From assembly GCA_000004985.1 (NCBI GenBank), contig GG738928.1: 64,000 nucleotides of DNA; one strand, 5' to 3'. The position numbers were made by a program, and so were the translations under genes. The notes under the pieces were generated by a model, which searched no databases, was not told where the DNA came from, and saw nothing but the letters and a program-made list of their open reading frames with translations. This DNA comes from Naegleria gruberi. Its lineage: Eukaryota. Below, piece by piece: positions 32,011 to 42,836 of the stretch; positions within the stretch are counted from its first letter, which is position 1; the number at the start of each line of letters is the position of its first letter.

Positions 32011-32730
32011 AAATTAGGATCCAACCTGTTGCTAAATAGTTTTAGATTTTCACAGTCTGTTTCATCCAATGCTGAACTGTACTACGTAGTCACAATTCGA
32101 CAGCCCTGATATTTCAAACTGATACTAAATGGATGTTTAACATCATGAGATAATTAATATAATAAATAATCCAAATAAAATTGAAATTGAAAAAGTGGAA
32201 TATAATAATAATAATTTAATACTTTATATTAATATTTGTATTGAAGTACACAACTTGTGGACATTATCGAAATCATAAGTAAATCTTCCACTTTCCAAAT
32301 TAAAAGTTGTCTGCTAACTTCTTGAAACCAATCTATTGATGTTAATAGTGACTATAATCAATTACCACAGAACTTTCGTTTACAATTTTCTATGGATTGT
32401 TGTTGATAACATGTTCTATTAATTGGTAAAAAGTTTTGTTGTATGTGATATTTGTAACATTTCAATTATTAATTTTGGACGGGAAGCCTGCCAGGAATAT
32501 GGCGACTATCCCGCTACTTTGACTGTATGAACAGTGAAGGCAAGAGTTCTGGACGAATCTTGTTGTGTTCAAATAACAGGTTGTTGAAGAATTAAACAGG
32601 TTTGATCACCCCCTATTTATTGAACATTCGACATGTTGAATTACTTGATGCAAATTTTGGTTTGATAATTTTAGATCAAATCGAAATTGAAACTTCTGAT
32701 TTTATTTACAATATTATATCGATTTGGTAT

Positions 32731-32964
32731 TTAACAACCTCCTCTCAGTCTCAACACTAAATGCACAGTTGAATCCTTTTGAAGATTGTAATCACTAACT
32801 GTTCTTCCATCTTCCAATTGTTTTCCTGCATAAATCAATCGTTGTTGATCTGATGGAATTCCCTCCTTATCAAATATCTTTTGTTTCAAATGTTCAACAG
32901 TATCATTCGATTCCATTTCAATTGTAATTGTCTTTCCAGTTAGGGTTTTTACAAAAAGTTGCAT
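32731..32964 (-). CDS. Divergent ubiquitin unit (76 aa + terminal Cys)
   Basis: From ATG 32962-32964: [77 protein letters not shown]. All seven Lys and the LRLRGG tail are retained. It differs at 15 of 76 positions from canonical ubiquitin as I remember it. Confidence 0.75.
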   Translation of the reverse strand: MQLFVKTLTGKTITIEMESNDTVEHLKQKIFDKEGIPSDQQRLIYAGKQLEDGRTVSDYNLQKDSTVHLVLRLRGGC

Positions 32965-33165
32965 TCCTCCTCTCAATCTCAATACCAAATGAAGTGTTGA
33001 ATCTTTTTGAATGCTATAATCATTAATAGTTCTTCCATCTTCTAATTGTTTACCTGCAAAGATGAGTCTTTGTTGATCGGATGGAATTCCTTCCTTATCT
33101 TGAACTTTTCTCTTGACATTTTCAATTGAGTCATTATGGAATTTCCCTTGAAAATCTTCAACAAT
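32965..33165 (-). pseudogene. N-terminally truncated ubiquitin unit fused in frame upstream of the complete unit (no ATG, first ~17 residues missing or degenerate)
   Basis: The same frame is open up to the TAA at 33166-33168: [67 protein letters not shown], directly followed by MQLFVK. I found no in-frame start or splice acceptor that would supply [17 protein letters not shown]. Confidence 0.5.
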
Positions 33166-34101
33166 TTAACTGAAACAATTCGAAGTATTTTTAGAAAAGT
33201 GTTCAAGTGTTGCTAACTTTTTTTAAGGACATGTTGAACAACTTTGTTTCACGACGCAAATTGTTGACTTGCTGTTCATTCATTGTAACTGCAACCAGCA
33301 AAAAGCATCAAGAATTATCCTCTATGAATTTTCTTGATAGAAAGTGTTGATTTTCCTTCAAGTTTACTCGAATTGTTCTTTTCAGCATGCATCGTGTGAT
33401 AAACAAGCTAGCACTTTTCGCTTGTGAAATCTATTTCCTGTTGTTCTTGTTCGAAATTAGTGATATTTTAAACTATTACAAACTAACCATACAACCTCAT
33501 TCCCATTTCATCATCAAGTAGTAAAGCGAGTGAAGTTTTTCTTGAATTCCACCATTAAGAACAAGGTAGGAAGGTAATCAATTCGAAGTACATGTTGTTT
33601 CAAATATTGGGGATTGGTTTAATCTGCATGTAAACTCGTATTCAAATCATATATGATGATTGTCCATGTGTACATGTCCACATGAAGTGGTAATTTTTTA
33701 GTCAGTTATCAATTTATTAATCACACAAGTTTCAATGAGTTCCCATTCAATGGATTGAAGCTGATGTGATCATGACGGTTAAAAGAGAATATTGTAAACT
33801 AAATATCCTCCCTATTACAATAATCCCACTTTTGCTGTATCCTATTCGATAGTAAGATGCATTGGAAGAAACTGAGGTGTTACCATTCCTCTTACTGACT
33901 TCTCAATAAGGTTGTTCCACAAATGTTCAACCAATTCAATTCTCAGAAAACCATTGAACTCTATTAAACTCCATTGTAACTGTTGTAATCTTATTCTTTA
34001 AAAATTGCTATAAATTCATATTACCATTCATTCAATCATTAAACAAATCAAAAAACAAATTCAACAGCTGAATAACTCAAAAACTATTAAAATCTTAAGA
34101 A

Positions 34102-34638
34102 ATGACTGAACAAACTCACGAAGAATTATTCAACCAAAACATGTGTGGAAGTGGTTTGGCATTCAAGAAGGTAGTTCGTGAATTATTCAACAATCGAATT
34201 GTTCCTGCTACTAAGAATCTTCAACAAGTCAATCCAAAGATGATCATCTTGTTGGATTGGGCTTCTCTTGCTGCATTGCCAACTGAAACCAAGTACAAGT
34301 ATGGTGATAGATTTGCTGAAGATACCTTGTTGAATAATTGTATCAAATTCTTAACCGAATGTCCAAGATTGAGCAATATGGGTGAAATTGGAAAGGTTTT
34401 CATCAAGGATCCTGATTGTAAGGATGCTTTCATGGGATTGGAAAAGTTGATTTTCAGAGTTGTTCACAATGCTGATAGTAAGGATTCTTCTGGTTTCCTT
34501 GGCTATTCTTACAAGGTTAATGGTTCTGATTTCGTTGTCACTTTGGAATGCAATTTGACTCTTGTTATGAAGGTTGCCAATGAAAGACAAAGTCCATCTG
34601 CTGATTCAGAAGCTAAAAAGTTGATTAATGCTTTCTAA
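34102..34638 (+). CDS. Hypothetical 178-aa protein, no family recognised; strongly biased codon usage
   Basis: Clean ATG-to-TAA ORF. It prefers AAG, TTC, GGT, GCT, GTT and TTG codons, in contrast with neighbouring genes, which suggests high expression. Confidence 0.6.
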   Translation: MTEQTHEELFNQNMCGSGLAFKKVVRELFNNRIVPATKNLQQVNPKMIILLDWASLAALPTETKYKYGDRFAEDTLLNNCIKFLTECPRLSNMGEIGKVFIKDPDCKDAFMGLEKLIFRVVHNADSKDSSGFLGYSYKVNGSDFVVTLECNLTLVMKVANERQSPSADSEAKKLINAF

Positions 34639-34733
34639 TGATTTTTTAAATGGCATTACTTAATGAATCAATATTGATATCAATAAAAACAAGCTTCTTT
34701 GTTGAATTTGTATTAAAGTGTAAAATCTGCAAC

Positions 34734-34856
34734 AAAAGACTACAGCACCACAGGTTCCCAAGTTGTCTCCAACCTCAGCACTGATGTGGCTCGACGATGC
34801 TTAACTTCTCAAATCGGACGGGATGAGGTGCATTCATCGTGATATGGCCGTAGCCA
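34734..34856 (-). rRNA. 5S ribosomal RNA
   Basis: Reverse complement: GGCTACGGCCATATCACGATGAATGCACCTCATCCCGTCCGATTTGAGAAGTTAAGCATCGTCGAGCCACATCAGTGCTGAGGTTGGAGACAACTTGGGAACCTGTGGTGCTGTAGTCTTTT. Helix I is GGCTACGGC/GCTGTAGTC with 2 G:U pairs. Conserved blocks are CGGCCATA, AAGTTAAGC and TGGGAA. A Pol III T4 terminator follows. The core is 34738..34855 (118 nt). Confidence 0.9.
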
Positions 34857-35503
34857 TTCACATCCTTAATATTAAAGTTTATTAATATTGTAAAACGTAT
34901 AATTCTATAATTGGAAATTTCATTCATTTGACTATCAGAAATTATTAACTTCGACATATATTGAATTTGCAATATTATTATCCTAAAAAAGAAAAGAATG
35001 ATAGAAAGTTGTGTAATCTATTTTTAAAACTAGAGTGTTGAAGTCTTAATTTCCATATTGAAACTGTTGGTTAATTTAGAAACCAATAAAACCACAATAA
35101 CAAATACAATTTCTCTTTTCTCCTTTCCAAAACTATATTTTAGAGCTAATTATATTGAGTATTACAAATAGTTACCATTTAATGGAACAACAGACCACTA
35201 AGTCAGTGAATCTCCCTAAGTAACTGGAAGATCCACTTACTACTGGTAAAGTAGTTGGGAATCGAGAGAGAGGATTTCTTAAAAAAGAAGTCAGCTCTCA
35301 ACATATCCCGATAAGATGAACTGTATGTAATTCTTTTGCATATTTTGATAAGGAAATTAAAATTGTCTGACGTAATTTGTACGAAACCTGCAATTTTGAA
35401 ATTCTTCAATAAGATTCCAATTCAAGAGCTGCCACAAAATGAAAAACAACCTGTTGAAAATAAATTTCTCTTTTAAAATCAAATAAAAATTAAGAACTAT
35501 CAT

Positions 35504-35549
35504 ATTTTATTAACACAGCTTCTTATGATAAAGGTTGTGTTAATAAAAT
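35504..35549. repeat. 14-bp perfect inverted repeat (hairpin) with 18-nt loop, ~100-145 nt downstream of the NCBP2 stop
   Basis: ATTTTATTAACACA (35504..35517) and TGTGTTAATAAAAT (35536..35549) are exact reverse complements. Confidence 0.8.
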
Positions 35550-35648
35550 TAGCTTAAACTGCAATAGCTCATAATAAATTAGTAAAAGATTTAATTTGAA
35601 TTATCTTTATGAACTTTAGAGTATAAATTATAGTTTAATAAATTAATC

Positions 35649-36725
35649 TTAGTGTCTTGGACCGTAGTCTCTACTGTCTCTAGGACGAGATTCAAACTCA
35701 TTACGAGATGATCCTTGATTGTTGTTCTTATTTGAATCATTGGTTGTTCTTCCATATGAAGGTCTATCAGAATAATTTCCATAAGATTGATGTCTGTCAT
35801 AATATGCTCCTCCTCTATTGTTGTTGTTATTGTAAGAACGAGGTGGTGGAATTTCAATTTGATTTGAATTATCAGACACTCTACCATAAGAAGATGTTGG
35901 ACCATAATAGGATGAAGAATTATTTCTTGAATCAACTCTTCCATAGTGAGGTGAATTATTTTGTGGAGGAGGGTAAGGTTGATATCTATTATTATTATTG
36001 TTGGAATAGTGATAATCACGAGTTGATCGTGGATTTCTGTATGGTGATGATGGCCTAGAAGATGACGATCCATATCGATCTCGATCATCTCGGAATGGAG
36101 GAGAAGGTGGAGAATAATTATCAGAGTGACGATGATGATCTGATCCATTGTTTCCTCCACGATGATAGTCATTATTATAGGATGATGATCTGCTACTATC
36201 ACGATCATTATCATAAGATCTTCTACCAGACATTGAACCTCCTCCTCTTGGTTCTCTTCCACCTCTTGGTCCTCGTTTCTTTAGCATCTTTATATAATCA
36301 TCTCTCTTCATACCACCATCTTTTCCTCTTCCGTATTGTCTCCCTTCTACGAAACCTGTATCGATGGCAATTTTAAGAGCACGATTATTTAATTTACATC
36401 CTCTACAATATTTAACGCATTCCTCTGCATCGGATCTGTGATAGAACTCAACAAAACAAAATCCACAAGGTGTTAACGTATTTCTATTTAAACCCATTAC
36501 AACTCGCTTAACTTCTCCACATTTTTCAAACAATTCGTATATTTGCTCCTCCTTGGTATAAAAACTTAGATTTTCTACATAGATTGTTGAAGATTGAGAA
36601 AGTGCCCTCTCGAAATCCTCTTCATTTCCGCCCTCATTTACATAGTGTTTTAATAAATATTCATATTCTCTCTTGCTTCCGTGAAAAAATTTTAAAGGAT
36701 GATGAGCTTCGAGAAGATGAGCCAT
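35649..36725 (-). CDS. NCBP2: Nuclear cap-binding protein subunit 2 (CBP20) with long R/G/S/Y/N-rich C-terminal tail
   Basis: [61 protein letters not shown]...[18 protein letters not shown] matches the CBP20 RRM and its flanks. The track start at 36788 is GTG. The first ATG is at 36723-36725 ([10 protein letters not shown]-rich context). Confidence 0.9.
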   Translation of the reverse strand: MAHLLEAHHPLKFFHGSKREYEYLLKHYVNEGGNEEDFERALSQSSTIYVENLSFYTKEEQIYELFEKCGEVKRVVMGLNRNTLTPCGFCFVEFYHRSDAEECVKYCRGCKLNNRALKIAIDTGFVEGRQYGRGKDGGMKRDDYIKMLKKRGPRGGREPRGGGSMSGRRSYDNDRDSSRSSSYNNDYHRGGNNGSDHHRHSDNYSPPSPPFRDDRDRYGSSSSRPSSPYRNPRSTRDYHYSNNNNNRYQPYPPPQNNSPHYGRVDSRNNSSSYYGPTSSYGRVSDNSNQIEIPPPRSYNNNNNRGGAYYDRHQSYGNYSDRPSYGRTTNDSNKNNNQGSSRNEFESRPRDSRDYGPRH

Positions 36726-37056
36726 TTTTTTTGTATCTAAATTTTTATTCTTCCCCTTCAACATTAATTCATCGAGCCTTCTTTGCACAAAGGAATATCA
36801 ACACCACAAACATAGCTTAGCATAGCAGACAAAGAGGCTTTGACAGAGTTGTGGATTCTTTGCCATCACCCTTGACTAGACATGGTACAAGAAAACATTT
36901 TGCACAACATTGGAATGCCCTTTGAAATGAATTATCATAACATACACACCATTAATACCTTACTGCCCTCTTATTGTGACAGGTCCATTTATCTATTGTT
37001 TATTGTCACAGCACAGTATGAGGACACAGTAATGAATTAACATCTTCTTTTAAAAA

Positions 37057-40000
37057 ATGCCTCAAGATAGAAGGGCCAACCTCTTGCTCTTGATTATCAC
37101 AGTTATTTTGTGTTTCGCAGCAACGGCCGACTTGTCTAAGGGAATTTTAACGGAGGCAGAATATCAAACCTACATCTCCAATTCATGCCCTTCTAAGCCT
37201 CTCTCCACTGATGCTTGGTACTCTGAGGAAAGTAACTTGATAAATATTATTCTTGCGGGTGATAATTCAAAGCTTCCTCTGATCTACCCTCAGGAGTATT
37301 CGACGAATAACACTATTGTAAGGGATGATATTCTCAATACAACTACAACAAGCAACTCTTCACCAGCAACAACAATATTACAATCAGGAAACAATACAAC
37401 AGTGAACAACTCCTCCTCAACAAGCAACACAACTATTACCATTATTCAAGGGTGGGATGATCTTCTCAAAGTTCTTAATGAGACTTTGAAACCCAACGCT
37501 ACCCTCGCTGATAACTCAACAAGTGGAAATAATAGTTCTCTAGGATCGAATGGTTCAATCATTTTTAATTCCACCAATTCACAAACAACTACTAATGGAA
37601 ATGTACCTCTGTTGAATACTACCCTTAACTCAACCACAAACTCTAGCCCTTCTGTTGGAACAAATACAACAAATACTCAGTTATCCTCCAATACAACCCC
37701 TAGTGTTATTTCGAATAGTACTGGTACAGCTTCGACAATCAATTCCACTAATGCTAACCTGAACACAGTGAATGGAACAAGCGGAAGTACAGAAATTGGT
37801 TCGACCTATGGATCCAACAGCACTTCTGGTCAAGGTAATAGCACAACCACGAACACGCCATTTGGTTCTAACTCTAATTCCATAGGATCAACAATAGTAA
37901 CTAACGGAACTGTTGCAGCCGGTGCAATTTCTAGTTCAACAGTAACCTCAAACGGTGGGTATGTTGGCTCCAATACCTCTGGTTCAATAAGCACAACTTC
38001 AACTGGATCTAATAGCCAAGGATTAGGATCTAGCTCCTCCACAAATGTCTCTGCTAATAATACTGCAACTGTTAGTGGACCTTCAAGTGGATTTAATTCT
38101 ACTTCTGGGGCAACTTCTGGGGCAAACAACGGTTCCGTTACAACAAGTACTGGAACAAATGGTCAATCAACTACTGGAACAAGCTTAGGATCGACCTCCT
38201 CTAATGGTTCAAACAGTGGTTCAACTAATGGAACAAATACAGGTTCCGTTTCCACAAGTACTGGAACAAGTGGTTCCTCTTCAAGTGTTTCAACAAACTC
38301 AGGATCAACAAGCTCTTCTAACTCTGGTTCAACTAATGGAGCAAACACCGGATCAATTGGCGTTTCTAACTCTGGATCTTCTATTGGAACAAATACTGGT
38401 TCTGGTTCAACAATCACTGGAACCAGTTCAGGTTCTTCAACTAGTTCTAACACCAATACAGGAAACAATAATGTCTCCAATTCTGGATTAAATGGTCAAG
38501 GAACAAATTCTACTTCAAGCTCCTCAGCTACTAACATTTCAGGTTCAAATAATACTGGATCAAGTAATCAAGGAAGTAATTCAGGATCCAGTTCTACTGG
38601 AACAAGTAGCACTTCAAGTACTGGATTAAATGGTAGCGTTTCTTCAGGTGGTTCTAACACTGGAACAAATGGAGTATCAAATAATGGATCAGCAACTGGC
38701 ATTGCTCCCAATGTCTCTGGAACAAGTGGTAGTTCCTCTTCAAGTGTTTCAAACACTGTCTCCTCAAACTCAGGTTCGAGTGCTAATAATACTTCAACTG
38801 TTAGTGGACCTTCAGCAGGATCTAATTCTACTTCTGGAACAACTTCTGGAGCAAACAGCGGTTCCGTTACAACAAGTACTGGAACAAACGGTCAATCAAA
38901 TTCTGGAGCTAGCTCAGGATCTACCTCCTCTGGCTCTTCAAGTGGTTCGAACAGTGGTCCTGGCTCTAATACTGGTACAAGTGATACTAATACAGGGTCA
39001 ACAAGCTCTTCTAACTCTGGTTCTTCGAGTGGAGCAAGTACTGGTTCAGGTTCTTCAACAAATTCTAACACTAATCCAGGAAACAACAATGTCTCCAATT
39101 CTGGATTAAATGGTCAAGGAACAAATTCTGCTTTAGGCTCCTCAGCTACTAACATTTCAGGAGCAAGTAATACTGGACAAGTTCTACATCTCAAGCTCTG
39201 GATTAAGTAATTCAGGATCCAGTTCTACTGGATCAAGTAGCACTTCAAGTACTGGATTAAATGGTGGCTCTTCTACAGGTGGTTCTAACACTGGAACAAA
39301 TGGAGTATCAAATAATGGATCAGCAACTGGCATTGCTCCCAATGTCTCTGGAACAAGTGGTAGTTCCTCTTCAAGTGTTTCAAACACTGTCTCCGCAAGC
39401 TCAGGTTCGAGTGCTAATACTTCAACTGTTAGTGGACCTTCAGCAGGATCTAATTCTACTTCTGGAACAACTTCTGGAGCAAACAGCGGTTCCGTTACAA
39501 CAAGTACTGGAACAAACGGTCAATCAAATTCTGGAGCTAGCTCAGGATCTACCTCCTTTGGCTCTTCAAGTGGTTCTACCAATGCTGGACCCAATTCTAG
39601 TAGTAATTCAACGGTCAGTGGTGGTTCTTCAAATGCATCTGGTTTTACAAGTACTGGACCGAATACTCAAGGTGGTTCATTATCTGACTCCTCAAATACT
39701 GGAACTGCTAGCACTCCAAGTGCTGGATTAAGTAGTGGATCTTCTTCAGGTGGTTCTAACACTGGGACAAATGGAGCATCAAATAATGTTTCTGGAACAA
39801 ATGGTGGTTCATCTTCTAGTGTAACAAACAGTGGTTCTGGTTCTAATACTGGTATTAATACTGGAACAATTGGCGTTTCTAACTCTGGATCTTCTATAGG
39901 AACTGGGGTAAATACTGGTGCTGGAGCAAGTTCAGGATCTTCAACAAATTCTAACATCAATACAGGAACCAATAGTGTCTCCAATTCTGGATTAAATGGT

Positions 40001-42713
40001 CAAGGAACAAATTCTACTTCAAGCTCCTCAGCTACTAACATTTCAGGTTCAAGTTATACTGGTACAGGAGGTACTACCTCTTCAAGTTCTGGATTAAGTG
40101 GTGGTTCTTCGTCAGGTAATGCTATTACTGGATCAACAACTGGCAACACTGCAAATGTCTATGGAGGAAATGGTGTTATCAATACAGGATCAACCAGCAC
40201 TGGAGCAAATACTGGTTTACCAAGCACAGGACCTTCAACTACTCAATCACTGGAACAATTGGTGTTATCAATTCAGGATCAACGAGCTCTTCTAACTCTG
40301 GATCTTCGCCTGGAGCAAATACTGGTTCTGGTACAACAATCACTGGAACTAGTTCAGGATCTTCAACAAATTCTAACACTAATACAGGAACCAATAGTGT
40401 ATCAGGTTCAAATACTAGTGGCTCTATCACAAGCCCATCCACTGTATCCACTAGCTCTTCTAACATTGGAACAAATACTGGTTCCGGTTCGAGTAATACT
40501 GGAACTTCTAGTAATGGATCAATTGTTTCAAATAGTGGCTCCACAAGTACTGAAACTACTAGCACCCCAAATACTGGATTAAATGGTGGTTTTTATTCAG
40601 GTGGTTCCAACACTGGAACAAATGGAGTATCAAATAATGAATCAACAACTGGTATCACTACAAATGTTTCTGGAACAATTGGGGGTTCATCTTCTAGTGT
40701 ATCAAATAGTGGTTCTGGTTCTAATACTGGTATTAATACTGGAACAATTGGCGCTTCTAACTCTGGATCTTCTATTGGAACAAATAATGGTTCTGGTTCA
40801 ACAATCACTGGAACCAGTTCAGGATCTTCAACTAGTTCTAACATCAATACAGGAAACAATAATGTCTCCAATTCTGGATTAAATGGTCAAGGAACAAATT
40901 CTACTTCAAGCTCTTCAGCTACTAACATTTCGGGTTCAAGTAATACTGGTACAGGAGGTACTACCTCTTCAAGTTCTGGATTAAGTGGTGGTTCTTCTTC
41001 TGGTGGTTCTAACACTGGAACAACTGAATCAACAATTGGCAACACTGCAAATGTCTATGGAGGAAATGGTGTTATCAATACAGGATCAACCATTTCTGGA
41101 ACAAACACTGGTTTACCAAGCACAGGAGCATCAACTACTTCAACAGGCAATCCTGGTTCTGGTTCAGCAAACACTGGAACCACTTCAAACGGTTCTACCA
41201 ATACAGGTACCACAATTAATAGTGGTTCAGGATCTACCAATACAGGTACCACAATTAATAGTGGTTCAGTATCTGGTTCTTCAACAGGTTTAAACAACTC
41301 TGGTTCTTCAACAAATAACAGTAGCTCAACAATTTCTACCACAACAAACCCAGCCACTTCCAGTGGTTCAGGATCTTCAACAAATTCTAACACTAATACA
41401 GGAAACAATAATGTCTCCAATTCTGGATCAAATGGTCAAGGAACAAATTCTGCTTCAAGCTCTTCAGCTACTAACATTTCAGGTTCAAATACTAGTGGTT
41501 CAAGCTCATCTTCTGGTTCTTCTAACACTGGAGCAAATACTGGATTAACAAGCACAGGACCATCCAATACTCCAACCAATAATGGGGGTTCCTCTAATTC
41601 TGGGTCAAGCTCTAGTGGAACTAGTGGTTCAACTTCAGTTATTTTTGGAGCAACAAGCTCCTCCAATCCTAACTCTGGCTCTAATACTGGTACAAGTGGT
41701 GATACCAATACAGGATCAACGAGCTCTTCTAACTCTGGATCTTCGACTGGGGCAAATACTGCTTCAAGCAATGCTGGATCAGGTACAAACAATGGAAACA
41801 ATGGATCAACAAGTTCAAATAGCAATTCAACAAGTTATAGTGCTCTTGATACTCTTCGTAAAGAAATAGAACGATTAGTTACAGATATTATTGGGCGACC
41901 TGATCCAAACCTGCCAACACCAGATCTTCAAAAAGGAATAGACACACTTAAAAATGACATTCTTGGTGTCAAACCTGCCTCACCGACTACTACTAGTCTA
42001 CCACCAACTCAACAAACTCTAACAGCTCAATTAACAACTCACCAACATCAAACAATAATGTTACAAAACCTTCTAACAATACAAACACAACCACAACCCT
42101 TAACGCCTCAAAAAGCACAACCCCAACAAGGAACTCAACCACTACTTCGACTAGTGTATCAACCACAACAACCGATAGTACTTCCAATGCTATTCAGTCA
42201 AGTAATAGAAACAACAATGCTGGAAGTCCAATCAGATGTAAACAGAAATGTCCTGTTAGGTATGAACAGAAAGTGTGTATAACCAAAAGAAAAACCAGTA
42301 GTTCTTCTTCTGTTGTTGCATCCAATATTGTTGCAGTCATGGCAGAGAACATTGCCACCATTAAGAATGGATCACCTGATGGGTTAATAATTGGTTTATC
42401 TGTTGCAGGAGGTGTGTTAGCAATTCTGTGTTGTACAGGATCGTCTATCATTGGATGTGTTCTGTACGCTAAGAGAAAGAGAAATAATTTCTGGAATCTT
42501 TATGAAGATAAAAATGTCAGAATGCTTATGGAGGGTCACATTGATGAAAGTGCATATGCAGATGTTGAATTAGAGGATGATGAAGAATTTGATCCACTAG
42601 AAGCAAAATCTTCTTACTCTGGCTCTAATGAAGATGATTTCAAGTTTGACGAAGAATCAGAAGAATCTTCAGAATCAGATAAACAAGAAGAAGAAATTGA
42701 ATTTGAATATTAA
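37057..42713 (+). CDS. Giant mucin-like Ser/Thr/Asn/Gly-rich surface protein (signal peptide ... TM + acidic tail); reading frame broken at least 3 times (pseudogene or assembly errors)
   Basis: Signal peptide MPQDRRANLLLLIITVILCFAATA from ATG 37057. The S/T/G/N-coding frame is frame 1 to ~39190, frame 2 to ~40243, frame 1 to ~41995, then frame 0 to the stop at 42713. The last segment holds a Cys motif (CKQKCPVRYEQKVC), the TM helix LIIGLSVAGGVLAILCCTGSSIIGCVLY and an acidic tail. The middle frames have no start codon, so they are absent from the ORF track. A ~90-nt block (GGAAACAATAATGTCTCCAATTCTGGATTAAATGGTCAAGG...) recurs at 38461, 39079, 39965, 40852 and 41401. Confidence 0.6.
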
Positions 42714-42836
42714 AAAACTAGTAATAAATTTAATATCAAATTATATGAGTTTTAATTCCTTAAATCGTTGGAGCGGGATTGAAAGCCATTGAAATAGAAA
42801 CACGAAAACTTCAGCTTGGAAACTAAAAATAAAAAA

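Noticed and set aside
33166-33420. A candidate upstream exon for the truncated ubiquitin unit (ATGCATGCT...KLEGKSTLSIKKIHRG, and a TTTCAG acceptor at ~33170).
   Set aside because: The acceptor is followed immediately by an in-frame TAA, and the weak LxGK[ST] resemblance ends in a stop with no usable donor.
34775-34972. 65-aa ORF on the minus strand.
   Set aside because: It overlaps the 5S rRNA gene.
35203-35409. A possible snRNA (ACTTAC...TGG and AATTTTGA Sm-like strings) in the NCBP2-5S intergenic region.
   Set aside because: No match to the conserved 5' ends or loops of U1, U2, U4, U5 or U6 as I remember them. The resemblance is limited to a few nucleotides.
35591-36376. Alternate-frame ORFs (223 aa, 116 aa, 104 aa) overlapping NCBP2.
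   Set aside because: They are low-complexity shadows of the R/G/S/Y/N-rich tail. The CBP20 frame is the one with recognisable homology.
37446-41869. About 20 track ORFs on both strands inside the mucin-like gene (P/E/L/V-rich antisense, Q/L/V-rich +1 frame).
   Set aside because: They are a by-product of the codon-periodic S/T/G/N repeat composition, which lacks stops in most frames. Their frames track the S/T-rich frame by a constant offset, and they begin at TTG/GTG codons.
41968-41996. A 29-nt GTCAAA...CTAG 'intron' that would repair the third frame break of the mucin-like gene in frame.
   Set aside because: It has a non-consensus donor, no branch motif, and a length below the observed intron range. 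A 1-nt indel is the simpler explanation.
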